Shown here in pieces: positions 38,628 to 46,770 of a stretch of 64,000 bases of DNA. Where the stretch lies: NCBI GenBank assembly GCA_963743115.1, contig CAVUOM010000004.1, positions 73,170 through 137,169 on the forward strand. Reading direction: 5' to 3'. Within the stretch, counting starts at the first letter, position 1. Every line of letters begins with the position of its first letter. Below the pieces are notes generated by a model that did not search any database, was not told the origin of the DNA, and worked only from the letters and a program-made list of their open reading frames with translations. The DNA comes from an uncultured Acidobacteriaceae bacterium. GTDB taxonomy: Bacteria > Acidobacteriota > Terriglobia > Terriglobales > Acidobacteriaceae. A program made the position numbers and the translations under genes.

Positions 38628-38656
38628 AGCATAAAATATGAGTGTCTTGCTATCAA
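38628..38656 (-). promoter_or_regulatory. Sigma70-like promoter for hsp20
   Basis: The minus strand reads TTGATA, 17-nt spacer, TATGCT, about 80 nt upstream of the hsp20 ATG in an AT-rich spacer. Confidence 0.45.
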
Positions 38657-38674
38657 TGCATATATGTTTTGTTT

Positions 38675-39880
38675 TCATCGGCTTACGATAGCTATTACGC
38701 ACTTTAAATAGGCAGTTTCCGGAACATTCAGGAGGACAGGGTGGTCTTTGGCCTGACCGCGAACCTCGACCAGTCGGAGGGTGCGCTGGGCGTCGCAGGC
38801 GGCGTCGCCCAGCACTGTGAGGAAGTCGGCTTGACTGACGTGGTAGGAGCAAGAGCAGGTCACTAGGACGCCTCCTGGGCGCAGCATCTTCAGCGCGCGG
38901 AGATTGAGTTCTTTATAGCCGCGGAGGGCGGCGTCGAGGTCGCGCTTACTCTTGGCGAATGCTGGCGGGTCGAGGACGATGGTGTCGTGGCGCTGGCCGG
39001 AGGCGGAGTAGTCCTTCAGCAGATCGAAGGCGTTGGCTTCGATCCATTCGATCTCCGGCTGGCTCTGGCCGCGGTTAAGAGCGGCGTTCTGGTCGGCAAC
39101 TTCGAGCGCTGGCCGGGAACTGTCTACGCCGGTGACACGTGAACAGCGGTGAACAAGATGAAGCGCGAAGCCTCCCTGATAGCAAAACACATCGAGGGCT
39201 TCGCCGTGAGCGTATTGAGCGGCGGCGGCGTAGTTCTCGCGCTGGTCGAGGAAGGCTCCGGTCTTCTGGCCTTCGAGGGCGTCGAAGTGGAACTGAACAC
39301 CGTTCATGGTGAAAATGGTCGAGGTTTTTTCGCCCTGCACCAGACCCGAGACGCGGGGTCGCAGATCCTCGAGTTGGCGGACCCTGGGGTCCACGCGCTC
39401 GACAATGGACGCTGGATTCAGCCTCTCGCTGAGTTCTGAAGTCAGCGTCTGGCGCACGATCTCTGAGTCCATGGCCTGAGTCAGGATCTGCATCGAAAGA
39501 ATGTCGTGATAGCGATCGACGATGAGACCGGGAAGGAAATCGGCCTCGCTGAAGATGACGCGGTAGGCATTGGAATCGTGGACCATCCCTTCACGATAGG
39601 CAATAGCGTCGGCGATGCGCTGGCGAAGCAGCGTGGGGAAGTCGGTGACGGGCTCGCGCGAGATGAGGCGGATTGCGATTTGCGAAGAGCTGGAATACAG
39701 CGCGCTGCCGAGCGGCTGGCCGCGATGATCTTGTATTCTGACGAGTGAGCCAGGGGGAACGCCTTCAGCCGATACGATGTCGGAGCGATAGACCCAGACG
39801 TGGCCGTCTTTCAGTCGGGATGATCCGCGTGCGGAAATCTTGACAATGGGAATGCTCGGACGGCTGGTCGCTTTGGGCAT
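38675..39880 (-). CDS. Class I SAM-dependent rRNA methyltransferase (RlmI/RlmK-like, PUA + MTase)
   Basis: ...SRLKDGHVWVYRSDI...FLPGLIVDRY...KTGAFLDQREN...VLDPPAFAKS. Confidence 0.8.
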   Translation of the reverse strand: MPKATSRPSIPIVKISARGSSRLKDGHVWVYRSDIVSAEGVPPGSLVRIQDHRGQPLGSALYSSSSQIAIRLISREPVTDFPTLLRQRIADAIAYREGMVHDSNAYRVIFSEADFLPGLIVDRYHDILSMQILTQAMDSEIVRQTLTSELSERLNPASIVERVDPRVRQLEDLRPRVSGLVQGEKTSTIFTMNGVQFHFDALEGQKTGAFLDQRENYAAAAQYAHGEALDVFCYQGGFALHLVHRCSRVTGVDSSRPALEVADQNAALNRGQSQPEIEWIEANAFDLLKDYSASGQRHDTIVLDPPAFAKSKRDLDAALRGYKELNLRALKMLRPGGVLVTCSCSYHVSQADFLTVLGDAACDAQRTLRLVEVRGQAKDHPVLLNVPETAYLKCVIAIVSR

Positions 39881-39903
39881 GCAGCAATCTTAAACGCTGG
39901 AGC

Positions 39904-41034
39904 CTAGCTGGCGGCTTGTTCGCTCGGAACGGTGGTGGGCTTCTCGGGCTTGCCGGAAGTGCGGGTGCGCATTTCGTACTGAGCGGCCTCTAGATCAACG
40001 TGAAGCGAATCAAGCGCCGTCATCGGCATCTCCGTGCCCCAGGTTTCCATTTCGTGCTCGGTCCAGCTTCCGTTCAGGCGGATGGCGCCGGTAATGTCTT
40101 CCGGGAAGGCATGACGAAAATCTCCCTCGCGGATGAGGATGTCGCCGATGAGCCGGCCTGTATGCATGTCGAAAACGCGGCGGGTAGCCTGGCCCGCGGC
40201 ATTATTGAAGCAAAGGAAAACCTCGCCGGCATCGGCGAATTCCTGGCGGTAGTACCAGGCCTGAGGAGCATCGATCTTGGGATGATGGCGGCGCGAGCGC
40301 TTGTGTTCGGGCTCAAGCGCCAACATTTCGTTTGCGGGATTGAAGTACAGAATGCGCTGGCAGGAATCGCAGACCACGGTTTGCTGGCCGGTGCGGACGT
40401 CGTTATAGGTCTGTGGCCGCAGCATAACCTGGCAAGCCATGCATTTGTGATCGAGCACCTCAGAGATGCCGCTGCCGCGAAACTTGGAAACACGCTCGTA
40501 GTGCCGTAGGAGATCCTCATTGACGCCGGCCCGCATCTGGTCGCGCTTGGCGCGCCACTCGACGAGCTGCTTTTCGTCCTCGGCGGTGCGCTGGCGGGCG
40601 TCATCCTTTTCCTTTTCGATCTCAGCGGCTTCGGCCTTCAGCTCTGCCTGGGCTGCTTTTACTTCCTTGTCGCGCGCATCCGCATTCACCATCAGTTCAA
40701 GAATCTTGTCCTCAGTGGCGGCGATTTCTTTCTCGGCGAACTGGATTTCGTGCAACAGCGCCTTGTACTGCTCGTTGGTTTTTACGTCTAGAGACTGGTC
40801 ACGGTACTTGGATATCTTGCTGCGAAGGTCGGTGATCGCGGTGTCGTATTTGCGTCGGGCGGCTTCGTCTGCCTTGACGGCGCCCTGAGCTTTCTCCAAT
40901 TGGGCTTTGGTGTCCGCCAGCTTGTGTTCGATGGCAGCGACGCGTTTGGGGAGTTCAGCGATTTCATCCTGCAGGCGGCGGATTGCCTTGTCCGCTTCTT
41001 GCAGGCGCAACAGGTTTTCTATTTCTAGAAGCAT
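39904..41034 (-). CDS. COG1579-type coiled-coil zinc-ribbon protein with an extra C-terminal domain of about 135 aa
   Basis: Start taken at MLLEIENLLRLQEADKAIRRLQDEI (the ORF track starts at GTG 41064). Long coiled coil, then HKCMACQVMLRPQ...VVCDSCQRILY, then an unrecognised tail. Confidence 0.7.
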   Translation of the reverse strand: MLLEIENLLRLQEADKAIRRLQDEIAELPKRVAAIEHKLADTKAQLEKAQGAVKADEAARRKYDTAITDLRSKISKYRDQSLDVKTNEQYKALLHEIQFAEKEIAATEDKILELMVNADARDKEVKAAQAELKAEAAEIEKEKDDARQRTAEDEKQLVEWRAKRDQMRAGVNEDLLRHYERVSKFRGSGISEVLDHKCMACQVMLRPQTYNDVRTGQQTVVCDSCQRILYFNPANEMLALEPEHKRSRRHHPKIDAPQAWYYRQEFADAGEVFLCFNNAAGQATRRVFDMHTGRLIGDILIREGDFRHAFPEDITGAIRLNGSWTEHEMETWGTEMPMTALDSLHVDLEAAQYEMRTRTSGKPEKPTTVPSEQAAS

Positions 41035-41187
41035 CCCGAGGTGACTCAGACTCAATTCTAACACGCGGAAACGACGCTTTCTCCCTGATCGCGGGCTGGA
41101 GCAGCCGCGCAGGTGGCCCTCCCCGGTGTAAACTCTTTCGTTCGCGACTTGCGCTTCCGTTCCTACTTTTATTCCCGGAGTTTCATC

Positions 41188-43419
41188 GTGAAGAAACAGA
41201 TTTCATTCGCCACACTTGCTCTAATCCTTCTAACTGGCTTCCTTACGCCCCTTTGGGCGCAATCGTCCTCGACGGTAAAGCCGCTTACCATTGAGGCAAT
41301 GTTCGCGCCGGGGGGGCTCACCGGGCGCGGTCCGGAAAACATGGAGTGGAGCCCCGACGGGACGAAGTTCTCCTATGTGCAGCGCGACGACGAAGGGGAA
41401 CACGGCGAGCTGTGGTATGTGGATGCGGTGACGGGTGAGAAAAAAGTTCTTGTCAGCGCCGCCAAACTGGCCTCGCTGGCGCCCGACGCCACCAAAGTAA
41501 AGGATGAGCGCGAACGCGAGCGCCTGACGCGCTATCACGTCGCGGCCTACCTGTGGGCGCCGGATTCGAAGCACCTGATTTTCGATTCTCAGGGCCAGCT
41601 CTGGCTTCTTGATCTGGCGACCGGCACTGCCGTGCAGTTTACCTCGGCACCCGACCCCAGCGTCGACCCCAAGTTTTCTCCGGACGGCAGCCACGTTTCT
41701 TACGTTCGCAAGCACAACCTCTACGTCCGGCCGGCGAGCGGTGAGGGTGAGAAACAGCTCACCAAGGACGCAGGGGAGAACGTGTTCAACGGCGAAATCG
41801 ACTGGGTCTACGCCGAAGAGCTGGCCGTGCGCAGCAATTATTTCTGGTCGCCTGACAGCCGGCAGATTGTCTTTCTGCACATGGACGAAACCAGGGTGCC
41901 CAGCTATCCGCTCGTCAACTTGAGCCCGACGCATCCAACCGTGGACGAAGAAAAATATCCCGAGGTGGGAGATCCAAATCCTGTGGTCAAGCTGGGCGTG
42001 GTGGGTGCCGACAAAGGCAAGGTTCGCTGGATTTCTTTGACCAACGATGAAGACTCCTATATCCCACGCTTTGGCTGGGTCCGCGACGGCGTCATCTGGG
42101 CGGAGGTTCTTAACCGCACCCAGGACAAGATGGATTTGTATTTCGTGGATGCGAAGTCGGGGAGGTCGCGCATCATTATGACAGAATCCACTCCCGGCGC
42201 ATGGATCGATTTCGAACATGTGGAGGTTCGCTTTCTGAATTCCAGCGGCGGCTTCCTGTGGCCGAGCTGGCGCGACGGGAACATGCATCTGTATCTCTAC
42301 AGCTTTGACAAACAGAATCCGCTCGCGGCTGACGCAAAGCTGGAGCGGCAACTCACGCAGGGCGACTACGAAGTGCTGAGAATCGAGGGAGTGGACGAAT
42401 CGGCCGGGGCCGTATTTTTCTCGGCTAACAAAGACGATCCAAGGCAACGGCATATTTTCTCGGTCAAGCTGGACGGGACCGGCTTCCAGCAGCTCACCCA
42501 CGATAAGGGAGTTTACTCGGCCCAGTTTTCCGAGGATGGCAAGCACTACGAGCAAACATTCTCAGCTCCTTTGACAGCGCCGCGGATATCGTTGTGCGCG
42601 GTGGCAGGCGCATGTGCCCCGGTGTGGCAGGCACGCGATGAATTTGCGGAGTATGGACTGCGGTCGCCGAAATTTATGGAGTTCAAGGCGGACGACGGCA
42701 CCACACTTTACGGACGTTTGTTGTTGCCTCCGGAAGCGCCGGCAAGCGGCAAGGTTCCGTTGATCGTGCATATCTACGGAGGGCCTGGGGGACAGACAGT
42801 CCTGAAACAACCGGAGGATCCGTTCGATGAGATCCTGTCGCGCCGGGGCTTCGCAATTTTCTCGGTCGACAATCGCGGGACTCCGGGCCGCGACCGGAAG
42901 TTCCAGACCGCCATTCGCCACGAGTTCGGGGCGATTGAGTTGAAAGATCAGCTTACGGCACTCGATCAGCTTCTCGCCGAGTACCCGCAGCTCGATAAAG
43001 ATCGCATTGCGATATGGGGATGGTCGAACGGCGGTTCGATGACGCTCTACGCGATGACGCACTCCAACCGTTTCCGCGCCGGAGTTTCAGTGGCGCCCGT
43101 GACCGATTGGGTCAACTACGACTCGATTTACACGGAGCGCTACATGGGCTTGCTGAAGGACGAGGCGAAGAGCTATGCCGAATCCGATATGACCAAGGCC
43201 GCCGCCAATCTGCACGGAGCGCTGATGCTCGCCCACGGCACGGGCGACGACAACGTGCATTTCCAGAACAGCGTTCAGATGATTGACGCTCTAATCACGG
43301 CGGGTAAACAGTTCCGGCTGATGATCTATCCCAACAAGACCCATGGCATCTCCGGCAGCGATGCGCGCGAGCACCTGTTTCACATGATTGAAGATCACTT
43401 CGAGCGGGAGCTGAAGTAG
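41188..43419 (+). CDS. Dipeptidyl-peptidase IV family S9B serine peptidase, secreted
   Basis: GTG 41188 with GGAG 8 nt upstream. Signal peptide FATLALILLTGFLTPLWAQ. DPP-IV N-terminal beta-propeller, GWSNGG nucleophile, ...GTGDDNVH... Confidence 0.88.
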   Translation: MKKQISFATLALILLTGFLTPLWAQSSSTVKPLTIEAMFAPGGLTGRGPENMEWSPDGTKFSYVQRDDEGEHGELWYVDAVTGEKKVLVSAAKLASLAPDATKVKDERERERLTRYHVAAYLWAPDSKHLIFDSQGQLWLLDLATGTAVQFTSAPDPSVDPKFSPDGSHVSYVRKHNLYVRPASGEGEKQLTKDAGENVFNGEIDWVYAEELAVRSNYFWSPDSRQIVFLHMDETRVPSYPLVNLSPTHPTVDEEKYPEVGDPNPVVKLGVVGADKGKVRWISLTNDEDSYIPRFGWVRDGVIWAEVLNRTQDKMDLYFVDAKSGRSRIIMTESTPGAWIDFEHVEVRFLNSSGGFLWPSWRDGNMHLYLYSFDKQNPLAADAKLERQLTQGDYEVLRIEGVDESAGAVFFSANKDDPRQRHIFSVKLDGTGFQQLTHDKGVYSAQFSEDGKHYEQTFSAPLTAPRISLCAVAGACAPVWQARDEFAEYGLRSPKFMEFKADDGTTLYGRLLLPPEAPASGKVPLIVHIYGGPGGQTVLKQPEDPFDEILSRRGFAIFSVDNRGTPGRDRKFQTAIRHEFGAIELKDQLTALDQLLAEYPQLDKDRIAIWGWSNGGSMTLYAMTHSNRFRAGVSVAPVTDWVNYDSIYTERYMGLLKDEAKSYAESDMTKAAANLHGALMLAHGTGDDNVHFQNSVQMIDALITAGKQFRLMIYPNKTHGISGSDAREHLFHMIEDHFERELK

Positions 43420-43441
43420 CCGAAGCTAAAGTAACGAGGAT

Positions 43442-43825
43442 CTACCTGCGCTTGTCGGGCTTGCGGGACGAACTGACTCGATTCGTGCTTTCTTTCGTCG
43501 AACCGTCTTTGTTGGAAATCTCTTTCGATGAGCTGTCCTTGGTGGAACTCTCCTTCGATGAGCTTTCCCCCGACGAACCCTCCGACTTGGACTTTTCTTC
43601 CTTCTTCGAGTCTTTTCCGCCGCCATCGGAGCTGGGCACGTGGGACTTGTTGGCGTAGTCGGTCACGTACCAGCCCGATCCCTTGAACTGTACGGCGGGC
43701 GCGGAAATCATCTGCTCAACCCGGCCGCCACATTCGGGACACTTTTTGACCATCTTGTCGGAGAATTTCTGGATTTTCTCGAAGCGATGACCGCACTTCT
43801 CGCATTCATATTCGTAAAGAGGCAT
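43442..43825 (-). CDS. FmdB-family zinc-ribbon protein with a Ser/Lys/Glu-rich tail
   Basis: MPLYEYECEKCGHRFEKIQKFSD...KCPECGG, then about 65 aa of a low-complexity SK(E/D)SS tail. Confidence 0.8.
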   Translation of the reverse strand: MPLYEYECEKCGHRFEKIQKFSDKMVKKCPECGGRVEQMISAPAVQFKGSGWYVTDYANKSHVPSSDGGGKDSKKEEKSKSEGSSGESSSKESSTKDSSSKEISNKDGSTKESTNRVSSSRKPDKRR

Positions 43826-44029
43826 GGTTTTTGAGACGTTTGTGAGAAAAAGCTAAATCCGTTCTGATTCTAGGGGCCGGGTTCGATTGCGTCAATTCTG
43901 CCTGGGGGTATAAATAAGGCGCGAGAAAATTCCTATACCCTGGTTTGTGACGCTCCTGGCACCAGAGTCGTCTCTTTCATCGGGTTGTTTTTCTGTCTAA
44001 CATTCGAGGAAGAAATAAGGGGGCGATCC

Positions 44030-44371
44030 ATGAAGGTCCTGGTGGTCGAATCAGAAGATGCGGTCTTAAAGGCTGCGGGCGTTATGCTTAACAAGCTCGG
44101 CTATGAAGTTGGACTGGCGCCGAACTGCAGTGAAGCGCTCCGTATTTACTCGGACAAAGGGCCTCATGACGTTGTTCTCATCGCGTTGAAATTCCTGCGC
44201 AGTTCCAATGCCGGTGGCGCCAAACTGATTGAAGCCCTCCGTGAGAAGGATCCCAAGCAAAAATTCGCCTTCATCACGGCATCGCCCGTTCTGAAAAAGC
44301 CATTCTCCCTCCAGGAATTGGATGATTTCATGGGTGCTTTTCGGCGGCCGGCGAGAAGCCGCTTTGGATGA
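44030..44371 (+). CDS. Stand-alone receiver-like protein lacking the phospho-acceptor Asp (pseudo-receiver)
   Basis: ATG 44030 with AAGGGGG upstream. MKVLVVESEDAVLKAAGVMLNKLGYEV...HDVVLIALKF has Ala at the acceptor position. Confidence 0.55.
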   Translation: MKVLVVESEDAVLKAAGVMLNKLGYEVGLAPNCSEALRIYSDKGPHDVVLIALKFLRSSNAGGAKLIEALREKDPKQKFAFITASPVLKKPFSLQELDDFMGAFRRPARSRFG

Positions 44372-44409
44372 GGTTCGGCTCAAGGGATTCTCGATGCTTA
44401 CGCTAGAGT

Positions 44410-44748
44410 CTACTTCGGAAACTGTTCCGCGAGGCGCTTGGGGATGGTATTGCGCCAGGCCGAAGAGAGTGCTTTCTGCAGTGTTGTCCTGCTGACTTTC
44501 TTGAGGTGCACCGTGGTGGCGCCGCGGCGTCCCCATGCCCCGTTAGCCGGGACGAAAACGCCCGGGTAGTCCTTCGAGAAATAGTGTTGCTGCTCCGGGG
44601 TGAGCTTGACCATGCCCCAACCTTTGGCGGGATAGCCAAGGGTACAGAAGATCTTTCCCACGACGCGGAAGTCGGGGTGATCCATGTGAGCGTGCTCTGT
44701 GGTTCCGGGAAGAGACAGTGCCAGGCGGCGAAAATCGTTGGCGGTCAT
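44410..44748 (-). CDS. MmcQ/YjbR-family protein
   Basis: ATG 44748 with GGAGA upstream. MTANDFRRLALSLPGTTEHAHMDHPDFRVVGKIFCTL. Confidence 0.65.
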   Translation of the reverse strand: MTANDFRRLALSLPGTTEHAHMDHPDFRVVGKIFCTLGYPAKGWGMVKLTPEQQHYFSKDYPGVFVPANGAWGRRGATTVHLKKVSRTTLQKALSSAWRNTIPKRLAEQFPK

Positions 44749-44839
44749 GCAGAAATCTCCATGGACGGAACGTGCACACCTTACCACAATGGCTTGCGAG
44801 GCTCTGAAGTTACGGCTGCCGCAGTGGTAGACTCCGGCC

Positions 44840-45769
44840 ATGAAGGATGTCGGCCGCAAACTTGGGTCCGAGACTGACGAGCTTAAAACTGCTCCGTCGC
44901 AGACTTCTGAGTCCGCGCTCGCGCCGCGCCCGGCTCTTTATCTCGTCGCGACGCCGATCGGCAATCTGGAAGACATCACGCTGCGCGCCCTGCGCGTGCT
45001 CAGGGAAGTAGATCAGATCGCCTGCGAAGACACTCGCCGGACGCAGAACCTGCTCAACCACTACGGCATCACGACCCGCACCATCAGCTACCACGAGCAC
45101 AACGAGATGACGCGCGCCGCGGAGCTTGTGAAGGAAATGCAGGAGGGGGCGAGTGTTGCGCTGGTGACGGATGCAGGCATGCCCGGGATCTCGGACCCAG
45201 GATACCGGTTGATTTCACTGGCGATTCGGCATCATGTGCCTGTGGTGCCGATTCCCGGAGCGTCGGCATTTCTGGCGGCGCTGGTGGCGAGCGGACTGCC
45301 GACGGATTCATTTCGCTTCAGCGGATTTCTTCCGGCCAAACGCGGCGAGCGACTGGCTGCGCTGGAAGCAATCAAAACTTCGCCGCGCACCCAGGTTTTC
45401 TACGAAGCTCCTCACCGGATTGTTGAGGCGCTTGCGGATGTTGTCGAGGTTCTGGGGGAAGCGCGGCATGTGGTGATCGCACGAGAAGTAACCAAGCTGC
45501 ATGAAGAGTTCCTGCGCGGGCGTGCGGGAGAGATTCTCGCAGCGTTTCAGGCGCGTGATGCAGTGAAGGGCGAGATCACGCTGTTGATCGGTAAGGTCGA
45601 GGAATCTGACTCACAGGCTTCCGCGGCGCCGGGGGTGAGTATCCGCCACAGGGTTGAGCAGATTATGAGCGAAGAGAAGGTCGACGAGAAAGCCGCGCTC
45701 AAGAAAGTGGCGAAAGAGCGTGGGGTTTCAAAGAGCGAAGCTTATCGGGAGTTGCAGAGGAGCAAGTGA
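44840..45769 (+). CDS. rsmI: 16S rRNA (cytidine1402-2'-O)-methyltransferase RsmI
   Basis: LYLVATPIGNLEDITLRALRVL...IACEDTRRT...VTDAGMPGISDPG...EAPHR. Confidence 0.92.
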   Translation: MKDVGRKLGSETDELKTAPSQTSESALAPRPALYLVATPIGNLEDITLRALRVLREVDQIACEDTRRTQNLLNHYGITTRTISYHEHNEMTRAAELVKEMQEGASVALVTDAGMPGISDPGYRLISLAIRHHVPVVPIPGASAFLAALVASGLPTDSFRFSGFLPAKRGERLAALEAIKTSPRTQVFYEAPHRIVEALADVVEVLGEARHVVIAREVTKLHEEFLRGRAGEILAAFQARDAVKGEITLLIGKVEESDSQASAAPGVSIRHRVEQIMSEEKVDEKAALKKVAKERGVSKSEAYRELQRSK

Positions 45770-45779
45770 AGCGCGGTTC

Positions 45780-46238
45780 CTACTTCCCCGCCAGTTCCCG
45801 CTTCACGGCTTCGCTAACCATCTTCCCATCCACCCGCATGCCAGCGCCGGAAAAACGAGCCATGACGTTCTTCATGACCGTGCCCATCTCTTTCATGGTA
45901 GGAGAGCCCATTTCGGCGATGACAGCTTTCACGCCAGCAACCACCTCCGCTTCGCCGGATGCTTTGGGCAGGTAGGTCTCGATCAGCACGATCTCGGCGG
46001 CTTCTTTGTCGGCCATCTCCTGGCGTCCACCTTTGGTGAACTGCTCGACCGACTCTTTACGCTGCTTGATCAGCGTTGTGAGGACGGCCTGAGACTCTTT
46101 GTCATCGAGCGGCGCCATTTTTTCGATCTGGCGATTCTGCAGCGCACTCTTGACCATGCGCAGGGTGGAGAGGCGCTGCTCCTCGCGTGCCTTCATCGCG
46201 GCGGTGATGTCTTTCTGGATCTGTTCGACTAGGCTCAT
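45780..46238 (-). CDS. GatB/YqeY domain-containing protein
   Basis: MSLVEQIQKDITAAMKAREEQRLSTLRMVKSALQNRQIE...IETYLPK. Confidence 0.85.
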   Translation of the reverse strand: MSLVEQIQKDITAAMKAREEQRLSTLRMVKSALQNRQIEKMAPLDDKESQAVLTTLIKQRKESVEQFTKGGRQEMADKEAAEIVLIETYLPKASGEAEVVAGVKAVIAEMGSPTMKEMGTVMKNVMARFSGAGMRVDGKMVSEAVKRELAGK

Positions 46239-46346
46239 ATTGCGCCAATTATATCGGAGGAACTAGAAGCTTACGCCTTGTGGTATCCGATCGCGTCTGT
46301 CACCAAACGATCAAGACGTGCATCTTATGCTCAGGAGGAAGCAGCC

Positions 46347-46652
46347 ATGAGCAGACTCGCCATTTGGGCACAACTGGAAGCGAAACCGGGAAAAGAAAAA
46401 GAGGTGGAAGATTTTCTGAAGTCGGCGCAACCGCTGGCCGAACGCGAAGCAGCGACCCTCAGCTGGTATGCCATTAAAATGGGACCCGGCAAATACGGTA
46501 TCTTCGATACCTTTGCCGATGAAAACGGCCGCAACGCCCACCTCAACGGCGAAATTGCCAAGGCGCTCTTCGCCAAAGCCAAGGATCTTTTTTCCAAACC
46601 CCCGGATGTTGCAAAGCCGGAAGTTCTCGCCGCGAAGTCCACCCACGCCTGA
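46347..46652 (+). CDS. ABM-family (putative quinol/antibiotic biosynthesis) monooxygenase-like protein
   Basis: ATG 46347 preceded by AGGAGG. MSRLAIWAQLEAKPGKEKEVEDFLKSA...WYAIKMGPGKYGIFDTFADENGRNAHLNG. Confidence 0.6.
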   Translation: MSRLAIWAQLEAKPGKEKEVEDFLKSAQPLAEREAATLSWYAIKMGPGKYGIFDTFADENGRNAHLNGEIAKALFAKAKDLFSKPPDVAKPEVLAAKSTHA

Positions 46653-46660
46653 CGCCATCC

Positions 46661-46700
46661 GCCAGTGCCGTTTTCAGATACGGCACTGGCGTTAGTATTT
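46661..46700 (+). terminator. Hairpin terminator after the ABM gene
   Basis: CGCCAGTGCCG-ttttcagata-CGGCACTGGCG (11-bp stem) followed by TTAGTATTT, a weak U-tract. Confidence 0.55.
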
Positions 46701-46770
46701 CAGAACACGCCAGCGTTTCCGATAGACTACTGGAGGACCAAATTTTTCGGATCCTCAGGACCCAATCGAA

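Noticed and set aside
41230-42555. 441-aa minus-strand ORF
   Set aside because: It is antisense to the DPP-IV peptidase gene. It has Arg/Val/Gly-rich composition and no motifs.
43876-43895. GGTTCGATTGC, a string resembling a tRNA T-loop
   Set aside because: The flanking bases cannot form a T-stem (GCCGG versus TGCGT), and no acceptor or anticodon arms can be drawn.
43957-43971. TGGCAC-N5-TCGT, a sigma54-like -24/-12 element upstream of the pseudo-receiver gene
   Set aside because: The -12 element does not match TTGC/GC. There is only one hit, and no enhancer-binding protein is nearby.
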